Of a stretch of 64,000 nt of DNA, positions 29,576 to 39,215 are shown one piece after another. The DNA lies in NCBI GenBank assembly GCA_041665365.1, contig JBAYIY010000004.1:8610-72609 (forward strand), given 5' to 3'. Below the pieces are notes generated by a model that worked only from the letters and a program-made list of their open reading frames with translations, was not told the origin of the DNA and did not search any database. The stretch's first letter is position 1, and every line of letters begins with the position of its first letter. The stretch comes from Patescibacteria group bacterium. Lineage in GTDB: Bacteria > Patescibacteriota > Patescibacteriia > UBA9570. Both the position numbers and the translations under genes were made by a program.

Positions 29576-30023
29576 GCGCTTGCATGCATAAATGAGTGGC
29601 TTCTAGCACCACACCAATCCCTTTGGCTTGTAAGGCGTGATCTAAAAACTCAGTTATTTGTGAGGTTAAACGTTCTTGATTTTGTAATCGGCGCGCAAAT
29701 ACTTCCACTATTCTGGGCAATTTTGATAAACCAATAATCTTAGATTGTGGGATATAACCAATGTGTGCCTTGCCGTAAAACGGTAATAAATGATGTTCAC
29801 AAGTTGAATAGAAATCAATCGCTTTGCACGTCACCATTTCATCGTAGTGTTCACTATCAAAAAAAGTTAACAACGAGGCCGGATCAATATCGTATCCAGC
29901 AAATAATTTGTGATAACTTTTAGCTACTCGGGCTGGAGTGTCTTTTAACCCTTCCCGCGCTGGTGCTGGATCTATCTCTTTTAGAAGTTGGGCAATCAGA
30001 GTTTCAATTTTAGTTTGGTTCAT
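29466..30023 (-). CDS. folE: GTP cyclohydrolase I
   Basis: 'CEHHLLPF' Zn-binding motif of GCH-I (FolE type I). Confidence 0.9.
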   Translation of the reverse strand: MNQTKIETLIAQLLKEIDPAPAREGLKDTPARVAKSYHKLFAGYDIDPASLLTFFDSEHYDEMVTCKAIDFYSTCEHHLLPFYGKAHIGYIPQSKIIGLSKLPRIVEVFARRLQNQERLTSQITEFLDHALQAKGIGVVLEATHLCMQARGVEKQNTIVTTSSFRGLFKINQNTRHEFLSLCLDR

Positions 30024-30531
30024 ATAGTTTTACTTGGAGTGTATCCGGACAGTTATCTAATAATTGTTTAATAGTTTTACCAGACCGGGGTTCTATTATT
30101 AATTGTGCGACATCTGATAGTGGTTGAAGAAAAAAATTTCTATCAGCCAAAGCCCGATGAGGGATAATTAACTCATCCGACGCTAGTACTGTATCGTTAT
30201 ATAGTAAGATGTCAATATCAATTTCACGATCAGTGTAGCCGGGGTATGGTTTGCGGCCTAAAGCCTGTTCGATTTGTTTACAGCTCGCTAACAAAATATC
30301 TGGTTCCAGTGAAGTATCTAACACCACCACTTGGTTTAAGTGCCAACCGTGGGCACTAGCCCCAAGTGGCTCGGTTTCATAAATGGGTGATAATTCTATA
30401 ACTCGGCCACACTGTTCTAAGGCGGTGATAGCGCGATCCAAATAATCAAGGCGCGGTTCGATGTTACTGCCGATGCCCAGGTAAGCCCGCATTAGCCGGT
30501 GTAGGTTACTGATGATGTGTCTGTTTCCCAA
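30010..30531 (-). CDS. folK: 6-hydroxymethyl-7,8-dihydropterin pyrophosphokinase
   Basis: 'YLGIGSNIEPR...ETEPLG' HPPK motifs. 173 aa. Confidence 0.85.
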   Translation of the reverse strand: MGNRHIISNLHRLMRAYLGIGSNIEPRLDYLDRAITALEQCGRVIELSPIYETEPLGASAHGWHLNQVVVLDTSLEPDILLASCKQIEQALGRKPYPGYTDREIDIDILLYNDTVLASDELIIPHRALADRNFFLQPLSDVAQLIIEPRSGKTIKQLLDNCPDTLQVKLYEPN

Positions 30532-30839
30532 AGCTGAATGGTTGTTACTGGTATATATTTCTTTAATTCAGTAAATATCCATTCAGCCACTAGCTCACAA
30601 GTTGGATTAGAAAATCTGTCATTTAAATTTGTATGATCCAAAATATCTAGTATGTGTTTTTTTACCAGATTTTTTAATTCCGTAAAATCTATCACTAGAT
30701 CATCATTGTTTAATGGCCCAGTGACAGTAACAGCCAGACGATAATTGTGACCATGTAAATTTTCACATTTACCATGATATTTTGTCAAGAAATGTGCAGC
30801 CGAAAAAGTAAACTCTTTAGTAACACTAATTGTTGTCAT
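30492..30839 (-). CDS. 6-pyruvoyl-tetrahydropterin synthase family protein (QueD/PTPS). In this folate cluster with no folB visible, it is a candidate PTPS-III acting as a dihydroneopterin-aldolase replacement.
   Basis: 'FSAAHFL...CENLHGHNY' carries Cys and Glu just upstream of the HGH Zn motif. 115 aa. Confidence 0.6.
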   Translation of the reverse strand: MTTISVTKEFTFSAAHFLTKYHGKCENLHGHNYRLAVTVTGPLNNDDLVIDFTELKNLVKKHILDILDHTNLNDRFSNPTCELVAEWIFTELKKYIPVTTIQLWETDTSSVTYTG

Positions 30840-32520
30840 AAAAACTCAGGCTGTCGGCCATAGATTGTAAATCGGTTTTATCGGTTTCTTTCAAACCAGC
30901 ATCGCGTTGCACAGTAAATAAATAAACCGTGTTGTTATGTAAAAGAGCCGCTTCAGCGTTGATAGAATTAGTAATCATACCATCGGGGCGATTTACACTT
31001 AACCATTGGTTGAGTGTTATACCGGGTGCGCTGTACGGTTTAAGCGTGATACTGTAGCCAGTCCAGGCGGTACTGGAGAGAAAGGTAGTTTCGGTAGAAT
31101 AAAATACTATAGTGCCGTCCGGTAAAATTTTACCAGTGAGATTACTTGGGTGTAAAACCGTAAATAGATCGGTGCTAAAAAATTTCCGCGTGGGTTGAAT
31201 AGCACCCAGTTTGGCCAGTTGTATATAATTATTACCTTGATCGGTGAGATTAGTCTTAATGGCATTATCAACGCGCCAAATTACATTACCGGTATCATCT
31301 TTTATTACCAGTGTTACCGTTGGCACATCAGGAAATGTAGCAAAGATGGTTTTTAGGGTATCCAAGAATGTGGTTTCAACCGGTGGTTTATAAACGAATT
31401 CAACATACAAACCTTGATCAGTGGTCGTGAAACGATATGTCTTAAGATCGATCTTTAACTTAGCCACGATGTTTCTTATTGTATTATTGTAGTTATCCCA
31501 TTCATCAGCGGTGGTAGTAAATGTACCGGTTGTGGTTGGAGTGCTTGGAATATCTGGTTCAATTGTAACTGGTAGTGAGCTATAACTGGGTTGATAGGCA
31601 AAGGCCGTTAACTTACCAGCGGTTTTGGCTGGGACTTCCTGAGTAATTTGATTGAAGCGATTATAAGCTAACCAAGTATTGCGCCAGGGGTGAAAAAATA
31701 ACCATTGACTACCATCCGTTGACCAAACCACTACTGGTACACCAACCCGATCTAATATTTTATGTTCTTCGGCTTTTGTCCCATCGCGTTGTAACACCAA
31801 AACATAGGGTGAAAACGGTTCAGGATTTTGCGTTGCACTAGTTACTACTAATCCAAACTCATTAGCTGTAATCCAACTTAATGAATGAAACTCATAAAAC
31901 GGTAAACTAATCGAGTTATATAACTCCGCGCCAGCTAAATCAACCGAAATAATTTTTTGACTATTTTCCACAAAAGCCATTTCACTACCGTCAGGTGCAA
32001 ACACTAGTTGATCATACAGTGCTCCAGTTGTGCCGGTATAAATAATTTTATCTTCGGCTGTAGCAATAGTATATAAATGTAATTGTTCGTTACTAAACCA
32101 AGCTACATACAATTCTGCTGAATCAACCGCTATAGCTTGAGGTTGAATGGACAGTTGACCAATTGTTCTTGTACCGGATGATTCGTGTAGAGACATTACA
32201 CCATTGGTCACACCATACCAATGATTAGTCGCGAGCAGATAATTGCTCAGTAATTCTTGGCTTTGATCAGATAAAGCCAGACTGGCCGTACTGGCAGTAT
32301 CGGTCGCGTAAACCGTTTTACCGGTCTCACTGGTACTAAGAAAAACCACTAGGCCGGCACTAATATCCAAAAAAGTTTTTTGGTCGATCGGCTCTACTGC
32401 TGCGTTTACCGCGGGGGGTGGTGTGGTAGTGGAATGTGGCCATAACCACCAAATAATCCCGGCAATTACAAGCAAACCAGAGGCAAGCACGATAAATATT
32501 AACACCCGTTGGCGATCCAT
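30826..32520 (-). CDS. Membrane-anchored hypothetical protein (564 aa), with a probable extracytoplasmic beta-rich domain
   Basis: N-terminal TM 'VLIFIVLASGLLVIAGIIWWLW'. No family assigned. Confidence 0.4.
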   Translation of the reverse strand: MDRQRVLIFIVLASGLLVIAGIIWWLWPHSTTTPPPAVNAAVEPIDQKTFLDISAGLVVFLSTSETGKTVYATDTASTASLALSDQSQELLSNYLLATNHWYGVTNGVMSLHESSGTRTIGQLSIQPQAIAVDSAELYVAWFSNEQLHLYTIATAEDKIIYTGTTGALYDQLVFAPDGSEMAFVENSQKIISVDLAGAELYNSISLPFYEFHSLSWITANEFGLVVTSATQNPEPFSPYVLVLQRDGTKAEEHKILDRVGVPVVVWSTDGSQWLFFHPWRNTWLAYNRFNQITQEVPAKTAGKLTAFAYQPSYSSLPVTIEPDIPSTPTTTGTFTTTADEWDNYNNTIRNIVAKLKIDLKTYRFTTTDQGLYVEFVYKPPVETTFLDTLKTIFATFPDVPTVTLVIKDDTGNVIWRVDNAIKTNLTDQGNNYIQLAKLGAIQPTRKFFSTDLFTVLHPSNLTGKILPDGTIVFYSTETTFLSSTAWTGYSITLKPYSAPGITLNQWLSVNRPDGMITNSINAEAALLHNNTVYLFTVQRDAGLKETDKTDLQSMADSLSFYDNN

Positions 32521-32554
32521 GGCAGCAATTATATCATTATGCTAATGTACTGTC

Positions 32555-33649
32555 ATGCAAAATATGTTAGAGCGCATTAGTACGATTGGTGAGCAATTAA
32601 ACATTGCCGGCATGCGGGCTAAAGTAGCCACCCTTGAAGCGGAAATGGCGCAGCCCGAGTTTTGGCAAAATCAATCTCATGCCCAAACGGTTAGCCGAAC
32701 CGTGAATGATTTGCGTAAAGAAATTCAAACCTGGGATGACTTGAAAGTGAGTTTGAAAAATCTCCAAGAGATGGCTGATTTAAATCAAACCGAGCCGGAT
32801 CCTGAAATTACCGCCGAACTAGAACTCCAACGCACCGCACTCACCAAACAGTTTACCGAATTAGAGTTTCATTTACTCTTCGGTAAAAAATATGATGATG
32901 CTTCGGCCGTGGTGGCCATTCACGCTGGCGCTGGTGGAGTAGATGCACAAGATTGGGCCGAAATGTTGATGCGTATGATGTTGCGTTATTGTGAACAAAA
33001 AGGTTTTGCCGTGTCTGTGCTTGAAGTGGCACGTGGTAATGAAGCTGGCATAAAATCGGCGACACTGGAAGTAACCGGGCGCTATGCTTATGGTTATTTA
33101 AAAAGTGAACACGGTGTGCATCGCCTCGTGCGGCAATCACCGTTTAACGCTGATGCTTTGCGCCAAACCTCTTTTGCTTTGATTGAAGTGTTACCTGAAC
33201 TGGGGGAATCATCGCCCGTGGAGATTAAAGATGAAGATTTGCGCATCGATGTGTATCGAGCTGGTGGCAAAGGCGGCCAAGGTGTTAATACCACCGATTC
33301 TGCCGTACGCATTACCCATTTAGCCACCAACATCGTGGTCACTTGCCAAAATGAACGCTCGCAACATCAGAACAAAGCCACCGCCATGAAAATCCTGCGC
33401 GCGAAATTACACCAGTTACAACTCCAAGCTGAACAAGCCGAAAAATTAAAACTCAGAGGCGAATACACGTCCGCCGAATGGGGGAATCAAATTCGCTCGT
33501 ATGTGTTACATCCTTATAAGATGGTAAAAGATCATCGTACCGATTATGAAGAATCCGACCCCGACGCAGTGTTAAATGGAAAACTGGAAGGGTTTGTTGA
33601 GGCGTATTTACGTAAGACGGTAGATGCGCGGGTGACGAATGAGGTTTAG
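32555..33649 (+). CDS. prfB: Peptide chain release factor 2, encoded without the programmed +1 frameshift
   Basis: 'SPF' tripeptide motif, 'GGQ' motif ('GGQGVNTTDSAVRITH'), full-length 364-aa single ORF. Confidence 0.85.
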   Translation: MQNMLERISTIGEQLNIAGMRAKVATLEAEMAQPEFWQNQSHAQTVSRTVNDLRKEIQTWDDLKVSLKNLQEMADLNQTEPDPEITAELELQRTALTKQFTELEFHLLFGKKYDDASAVVAIHAGAGGVDAQDWAEMLMRMMLRYCEQKGFAVSVLEVARGNEAGIKSATLEVTGRYAYGYLKSEHGVHRLVRQSPFNADALRQTSFALIEVLPELGESSPVEIKDEDLRIDVYRAGGKGGQGVNTTDSAVRITHLATNIVVTCQNERSQHQNKATAMKILRAKLHQLQLQAEQAEKLKLRGEYTSAEWGNQIRSYVLHPYKMVKDHRTDYEESDPDAVLNGKLEGFVEAYLRKTVDARVTNEV

Positions 33650-33748
33650 AGACTTGGTCGAATTGATCGCTGAGGCACTGAAAAAAACTGAAGACCCGCC
33701 TACGCTCAGAGCTTCGGCGGGCAGGCACTGAAAAAGATTGTAATATGA

Positions 33749-33783
33749 ATCTAGAAGAGATGTGTCACCGGCACGTCTCTTCT
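33749..33783. repeat. Palindromic hairpin (ctagaagaga[t/c]gtg-tcaccgg-cacgtctcttctag). A variant of the GAGACGTG...CACGTCTC family.
   Basis: 14-bp arms with one mismatch. Shares AGAGACGTGCC/GGCACGTCTCT with the element at 41366. Confidence 0.55.
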
Positions 33784-33847
33784 AGGCTAAACCACACGTT
33801 TACTGACTATGATTACAAATGTAATTCTTGAAAATTAATTCCTTGTT

Positions 33848-34750
33848 TTAAATTGTTATTTCCCGGTTTGTAAAATTCAAAACTTTAAAATTATTTTTTT
33901 GCAGATATTCTTCTGTCACGTCATAAAGTACGGGTACGAAATTTGTGGTAATATTATTTATTTTTATCACCTTATCATTGATTTTTGTTTCTATGCAAAT
34001 TTCATTATATCTAAAATATTTTTTACCTCTTTTGATAAAACAATGATTTTTTTCTAAGACATGAAATTTTTCTTGTATCTGGTGAGGGGATACTATTTGT
34101 CCTTTCAAATGATTATCGGTAAGCCATATTCTTAATTGTAATGGAGATGTAGATATGTTTTTTACTTTCAGATCTATGAAGTTGTATAAAATAGTTGCTC
34201 CACTGCCAAACGGCAAAGTTCTGCCTGAATCAGGAAAAACATCCATAGAATGATGATACCTTTCTACTGTTTCAATTGGTGCATGTAAGAAAATCCAGTA
34301 AAGAAAATTTGATAGTTGGCAGAGTCCGCCACCAATTCCCTCAATAACTTTACCGTTTGATAAAAGCATCCCATCAACATATCCATTTTCATATTTTAGT
34401 TCACCTATAATCTTCCAAATCGAAAAAATATGATTAGGTTCTATTATTATTCCGTTTAATTGCTGAATCGCTTGTTTTAGATTTACAATTTTTTGTTCTT
34501 GCAGTTTTGGATTACTATCTCCGAGTCTTCGTCTTAAAACTGATTGATGTCTTGCTACCACACAATCAAAAAAAACATCGTTTTTTTTGTACTTGATCCT
34601 AAAATCGAAGAAATTTTGAACATCTCTCAACTTATGGCGCAAGAAAATAATTGGTTTTATTAGAAAAGGATATTTTTTTGAAAGGGGAATCCTTTTGGGG
34701 TTTTCGTAATTATAGATATATTCCTCGATCTCTTTCTCTATATTTATCAT
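33848..34750 (-). CDS. VanW-like domain protein, in an AT-rich (about 30% GC) segment
   Basis: 'GGGLCQLSNFLYWIFLHAP' resembles the VanW core 'GGGVCQ(V/L)S..L(Y/F)'. The region 33850-34900 is visibly more AT-rich than its flanks. Confidence 0.5.
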   Translation of the reverse strand: MINIEKEIEEYIYNYENPKRIPLSKKYPFLIKPIIFLRHKLRDVQNFFDFRIKYKKNDVFFDCVVARHQSVLRRRLGDSNPKLQEQKIVNLKQAIQQLNGIIIEPNHIFSIWKIIGELKYENGYVDGMLLSNGKVIEGIGGGLCQLSNFLYWIFLHAPIETVERYHHSMDVFPDSGRTLPFGSGATILYNFIDLKVKNISTSPLQLRIWLTDNHLKGQIVSPHQIQEKFHVLEKNHCFIKRGKKYFRYNEICIETKINDKVIKINNITTNFVPVLYDVTEEYLQKNNFKVLNFTNREITI

Positions 34751-35049
34751 AGCTATTCAATACTCATAAGTTAATCATGACTAAAGGAAAAAAATGCTAA
34801 TATAATATTCGCAGATAAACTGATAAAAGTTTCGCTCATATATAGTTAGTGCATTTATGTGTCCAAGAAGGAGGACTTAATACGTACATTAGTACGTTCA
34901 AATCGCCAACGCGGATGAGTGTTTCACATTATAGTAGGTTTGTCAATCCGTACGATATTTTCCAGGGATACGCAATCAACCGGTAGGCTCATGGTGAGGA
35001 GCCTGGAGAGGTTGACTAACCCCACCAAATCCTTCATCCTTACGGCATT

Positions 35050-36882
35050 ATGTGTGGCATCATTGGATATATCGGTAAACAACCAGCTAGCCCAATCATT
35101 ATTGATGGACTAAAACGCATGGAGTATCGTGGTTACGATTCTTCGGGTTTGGCGGTGATAGAAAATGCTGGAGTGGCTTGCCATAAGAAGGTAGGCAAGC
35201 TGGGTAATTTACAAAGAGAGTTAACTAAATATAAATTAGCTGGCACAGTTGGTATTGGGCACACACGCTGGGCGACCCATGGTAAACCAAGTGACAATAA
35301 TGCTCATCCCCACCGCGATTGTCGGGAAGAAATTTATTTGATTCATAATGGCATTATCGAAAATTATCACGATATCAAATCAGCTCTGCAAGCTAAAGGG
35401 CATGCTTTCTATTCCGATACCGACACCGAAGCCCTGGTACATTTAATTGAGGAGTACCATAAAACTTTATCGTTTGAAGAGGCTTTTATAGCGGCGTTGA
35501 ACGATGTGGTGGGTACCTATGGGGTAGTAGCGTTATCGAACAAAGAACCGCGCAAGATTATGGCAGCGCGATTAGGCAGCCCGATGATTTTAGGCATTAT
35601 TGGCGAAGGTGAATACATGGTGGCGTCTGATGTGGCGGCGATTATGAAACACACGCGCGAAGTAATTTATTTAAACGACGGGGAAGTGTGTGTGTTAACT
35701 GATACTGGTTACACCATGAAGGATCTGAAGGCACAAACCATTGATGCCAAAATTCAACGAGTCGATTGGGATATTAACCAGGCGCAAAAGCAAGGCTACA
35801 AACATTTCATGTTAAAAGAAATTCATGAACAACCGGATGTAATCATGAATGCCTTACGTGGCCGTTTAAAACTGGAAGAGGGTTTAGCGCACATGAGTGG
35901 GTTTATTGAACAGGCCGATCGTTTACAAAATACTAATCGCATTATTATTGTCGCGATGGGTACGGCTTTGTATGCTGGGCTAGTGGGCGAGTATATGATC
36001 GAAGAGTATGCCGGTATTCCGGTCGAGGTCGAATCGGCCGCGGAGTTTCGCTATCGTAAACCGATTATCGATGAGCACACTACTGTAATTGCCGTTACCC
36101 AAAGTGGTGAAACGGCTGACTTAATTGCCGCTGTTAAAGAAGCTAAATTAAAAGGGGCTTTAGTACTTGGTTTAGTTAACGTAGTTGGTAGCACTATTGC
36201 CCGCGAGGTGCATGCTGGAGCGTATTGTCATGCTGGCCCGGAAATTGGTGTGGCTTCAACCAAAGCGTTTATGGCGCAACTAACTATGCTTGCCTTAGTG
36301 GCTTTATTTGTTGGTCGCCAACGTGGGTTAAGCGTAGTGATGGGTAATCGCATTGCCAAAGAATTATTAACCCTACCAGAAAAAGTAGAGATTATTTTTG
36401 CTCAAGAAAAAACCATTGCCAAATTGGCGAAAAAATACAGCAAGTATCATGATCTATTTTTCTTAGGGCGAAAATATAATTATCCCATTGCTTATGAGGG
36501 GGCGCTGAAACTAAAAGAGATTTCGTATTTACATGCCGAAGGTTATGGGGCGGGGGATTTAAAACATGGTCCAATTGCTTTGATTGATAAAAACTTTCCA
36601 TCGATTGTATTGGCACCGCAAGATAGTGTCTATGAAAAAGTATTGAGTAACATTCAAGAAGTTAAAGCGCGTAGTGGGCGAGTATTGGCCATTGCCACAG
36701 TTGGAGATAAACATATTGCTGAAGTCGCTGATGATGTGATTTATATTCCCAAAACCTTAGAAATGCTCACACCATTATTAGCCATCGTGCCATTACAATT
36801 ATTGGCTTATTATATCGCCGATACATTAAAGCGAGATATTGATCAGCCGCGCAACCTTGCTAAATCAGTCACAGTGGAGTAA
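35050..36882 (+). CDS. glmS: Glutamine--fructose-6-phosphate aminotransferase
   Basis: N-terminal 'MCGIIGYIG' (Ntn Cys). Two SIS domains. C-terminal '...SVTVE'. Confidence 0.95.
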   Translation: MCGIIGYIGKQPASPIIIDGLKRMEYRGYDSSGLAVIENAGVACHKKVGKLGNLQRELTKYKLAGTVGIGHTRWATHGKPSDNNAHPHRDCREEIYLIHNGIIENYHDIKSALQAKGHAFYSDTDTEALVHLIEEYHKTLSFEEAFIAALNDVVGTYGVVALSNKEPRKIMAARLGSPMILGIIGEGEYMVASDVAAIMKHTREVIYLNDGEVCVLTDTGYTMKDLKAQTIDAKIQRVDWDINQAQKQGYKHFMLKEIHEQPDVIMNALRGRLKLEEGLAHMSGFIEQADRLQNTNRIIIVAMGTALYAGLVGEYMIEEYAGIPVEVESAAEFRYRKPIIDEHTTVIAVTQSGETADLIAAVKEAKLKGALVLGLVNVVGSTIAREVHAGAYCHAGPEIGVASTKAFMAQLTMLALVALFVGRQRGLSVVMGNRIAKELLTLPEKVEIIFAQEKTIAKLAKKYSKYHDLFFLGRKYNYPIAYEGALKLKEISYLHAEGYGAGDLKHGPIALIDKNFPSIVLAPQDSVYEKVLSNIQEVKARSGRVLAIATVGDKHIAEVADDVIYIPKTLEMLTPLLAIVPLQLLAYYIADTLKRDIDQPRNLAKSVTVE

Positions 36883-36924
36883 TATACTTTTAAAGAGCGC
36901 TGCCGAAGTATTGGGGCGCTTTTT

Positions 36925-38238
36925 GTGCATAGATCAACGCTTGTTTGGTTGTCATGGTTAATCTTTATGGCCGGGGTGTGGCATATACCCCAACTAATTA
37001 TCTTTTTAGTAGGTTGTGGTTTTGTCACCAGCTTAATTGGCTGGAAACGTTATGTGTTGTTGGGTTGGTTAATGGGATGTGCCGCCATCGGGGTGGCTTA
37101 TTATGATCAGTTTTTTGTTGACCCAATATATTTAGACGGAGCGAAATTTAATGACACAGTGTTAGTGGATCGTTTACCGGTTTTGCATGAAGGTAGTCAG
37201 CGTTTGGTAGTTGTTACCAAAGAACAACAACATCTGCAACTCGATGCTGACTTGTATCCGGAATATCGTTATGGTGATGTGATAAATCTTAGATGCACCA
37301 TTCGGTTACCTAAACAAATCGAGGGATTTGCTTATGATAAATATTTAGCTCGGTTTCATATTCAAGCTTTATGTGATTATCCAACCACCGCGTTCGTTGC
37401 TACCAACCAAGGTAACAAAATAATTACTAGCATTTATGAGTTTAGAAATAATTTAAGGAAACGGGTTGAGAGTTTATGGCACGAACCGGCCGCGTCATTA
37501 TTATTAGGTGTGTTGATTGGCGAACAAGATACGATTCCTATTTCTATTTATACTAGTTTTCAGCGGGCTGGGGTGGTGCACATTTTAGTTGTGTCCGGCA
37601 TGCACGTGTTGTTGTTGGTGCAATTATTAACCAGTTTTACTAAATGGTTGCCAAAATTTTATCAAACATTAGTGATAGTTTTAGCCTTAACGGCTTTTTG
37701 TGTGCTAACCGGTTTTTCCGCCACCGTCATTCGCGCCACGGTGATGGGATCAATTCCGTTATTAGGTAGATTTATTGGTCGACCACATCGCATTCATCTG
37801 ACGTTAACCTGGGCGGCTGGAGTAATTACTCTGGTGAATCCATATATCTTAGTACACGATGTTGGTTTTCAATTATCGTTTTTAGCCACTTTAGGTTTGG
37901 TGTATATGACGCCGTTTGTTAAACCATTTACCAAATGGTTACCGGAAAAATTTGAATTACGCGATACCGTCACCACTACCTTAGCCGCCACTACCACCAC
38001 AGCACCGTGGATTGGTTATACTTTTGGTACTTGGTCTAATGTGGCCATGCTATCAAACATCGTGGTGCTGCCAACGTCGAATCTCATGTTATTTGCCGGC
38101 GGTGTCATCACAGCCCTGTCTGTATTATTTCCAAATCTAGCGCAAATGTTAGCGACATTATTGGAAGTGATTATAAATTTACTTGTGCAATATGTTGATT
38201 GGTGTGCCGCATTGCCTTATGCCTATATTAAGTGGTAA
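36925..38238 (+). CDS. comEC: ComEC/Rec2 DNA-uptake channel, membrane part (DUF4131 plus competence domain)
   Basis: Polytopic membrane protein. 'GVVHILVVSGMHV' is the typical ComEC competence-domain motif. Confidence 0.75.
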   Translation: MHRSTLVWLSWLIFMAGVWHIPQLIIFLVGCGFVTSLIGWKRYVLLGWLMGCAAIGVAYYDQFFVDPIYLDGAKFNDTVLVDRLPVLHEGSQRLVVVTKEQQHLQLDADLYPEYRYGDVINLRCTIRLPKQIEGFAYDKYLARFHIQALCDYPTTAFVATNQGNKIITSIYEFRNNLRKRVESLWHEPAASLLLGVLIGEQDTIPISIYTSFQRAGVVHILVVSGMHVLLLVQLLTSFTKWLPKFYQTLVIVLALTAFCVLTGFSATVIRATVMGSIPLLGRFIGRPHRIHLTLTWAAGVITLVNPYILVHDVGFQLSFLATLGLVYMTPFVKPFTKWLPEKFELRDTVTTTLAATTTTAPWIGYTFGTWSNVAMLSNIVVLPTSNLMLFAGGVITALSVLFPNLAQMLATLLEVIINLLVQYVDWCAALPYAYIKW

Positions 38239-39080
38239 AAAATATGTTTACAAAAATAAATAAATTGGTCATTTTAATCTGTGTTGGAGTGGCGCTGTAT
38301 TATTTTTATCAGCAATCTTTACCGGGTAATCTGACTGGTTCGTTTGTAGCATTTTTAGATGTTGGACAAGGCGATGCCATTTATATTCGTACCAGTAATG
38401 GGAGCGATGTGTTGATTGACGGTGGACCGGATCGTAAAATTCTCGAGCAGTTACCCAAAGTGTTAGCGCCACAAGACAATACCATTGAACTGATGTTACT
38501 CACTCATCCGGATGCCGATCATATCGATGGTCTGATTGAAGTGGTGAAGCGGTATAGTGTGAAACAAATTATCACCACAGCCTTGCCAGCCGAAAAATCA
38601 GACTATAAAGAATTATTAAACTTAATCGAAACAAAAAATATTCAACACACCGTAGTACAACAGGGGAATAAAATTGTGTTGGGTGAGCAAGATGATATCG
38701 ATATTTTATACCCTGAAGCGGATACACCTTTGACCACTTTAAGTACCAATAATACTTCATTGGTCGCTGAATATCATTATAAAAATCAAACTACGGAAAA
38801 AACGATCTTATTGGTGGGTGATGCCGAAACTCCAGTGGAGGATGAATTACTCAAACAAAATTTATTGCATGACGTCGATATTTTAAAAGTTGGTCATCAT
38901 GGTAGCAAAACGTCATCCTCAGAAGCATTCTTACAAAAAATTACACCGGAGTTGTGTATCATCGAAGTGGGAAAAGATAATTCGTATGGTCATCCGCACG
39001 CTGAGGTGGTACATAGGTTACAACAGTATTGTGAGATTAAAAGAACTGATGACTGGGGGAATATCGTGATTAACAATTGA
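38232..39080 (+). CDS. comEC: ComEC C-terminal metallo-beta-lactamase domain, encoded as a separate ORF overlapping the previous one by 7 nt
   Basis: 'LLTHPDADHIDGL' (HxHxDH), 'LKVGHHGSKTSSS'. N-terminal TM anchor. Confidence 0.75.
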   Translation: MVKNMFTKINKLVILICVGVALYYFYQQSLPGNLTGSFVAFLDVGQGDAIYIRTSNGSDVLIDGGPDRKILEQLPKVLAPQDNTIELMLLTHPDADHIDGLIEVVKRYSVKQIITTALPAEKSDYKELLNLIETKNIQHTVVQQGNKIVLGEQDDIDILYPEADTPLTTLSTNNTSLVAEYHYKNQTTEKTILLVGDAETPVEDELLKQNLLHDVDILKVGHHGSKTSSSEAFLQKITPELCIIEVGKDNSYGHPHAEVVHRLQQYCEIKRTDDWGNIVINN

Positions 39081-39215
39081 CCCCCACAATAATATTATAT
39101 ATACTGTCTTGAAGTGCTTGTTAGTTTTTGAGATTAACGGTTATTATCCTGTTATATAAAGGATTACTATTAGCCTCAAAAACTAAGCACCAACTTAGTA
39201 ATTAATTACAAAAAT

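Noticed and set aside
34861-35049. Possible glmS ribozyme in the long 5' leader of glmS
   Set aside because: I compared the leader by eye with the conserved glmS ribozyme core as I remember it (AGCGCC.GAACU P1, GACGAGGAUGGAGG P2.1). Only a vague resemblance exists (ggtgaggagcctggagagg). No convincing P1 or cleavage site is present. A covariance-model search (Rfam RF00234) would be decisive.
34919-35113. 64-aa ORF overlapping the glmS start
   Set aside because: It overlaps the bona fide glmS N-terminus (MCGIIGY) in another frame. It is spurious.
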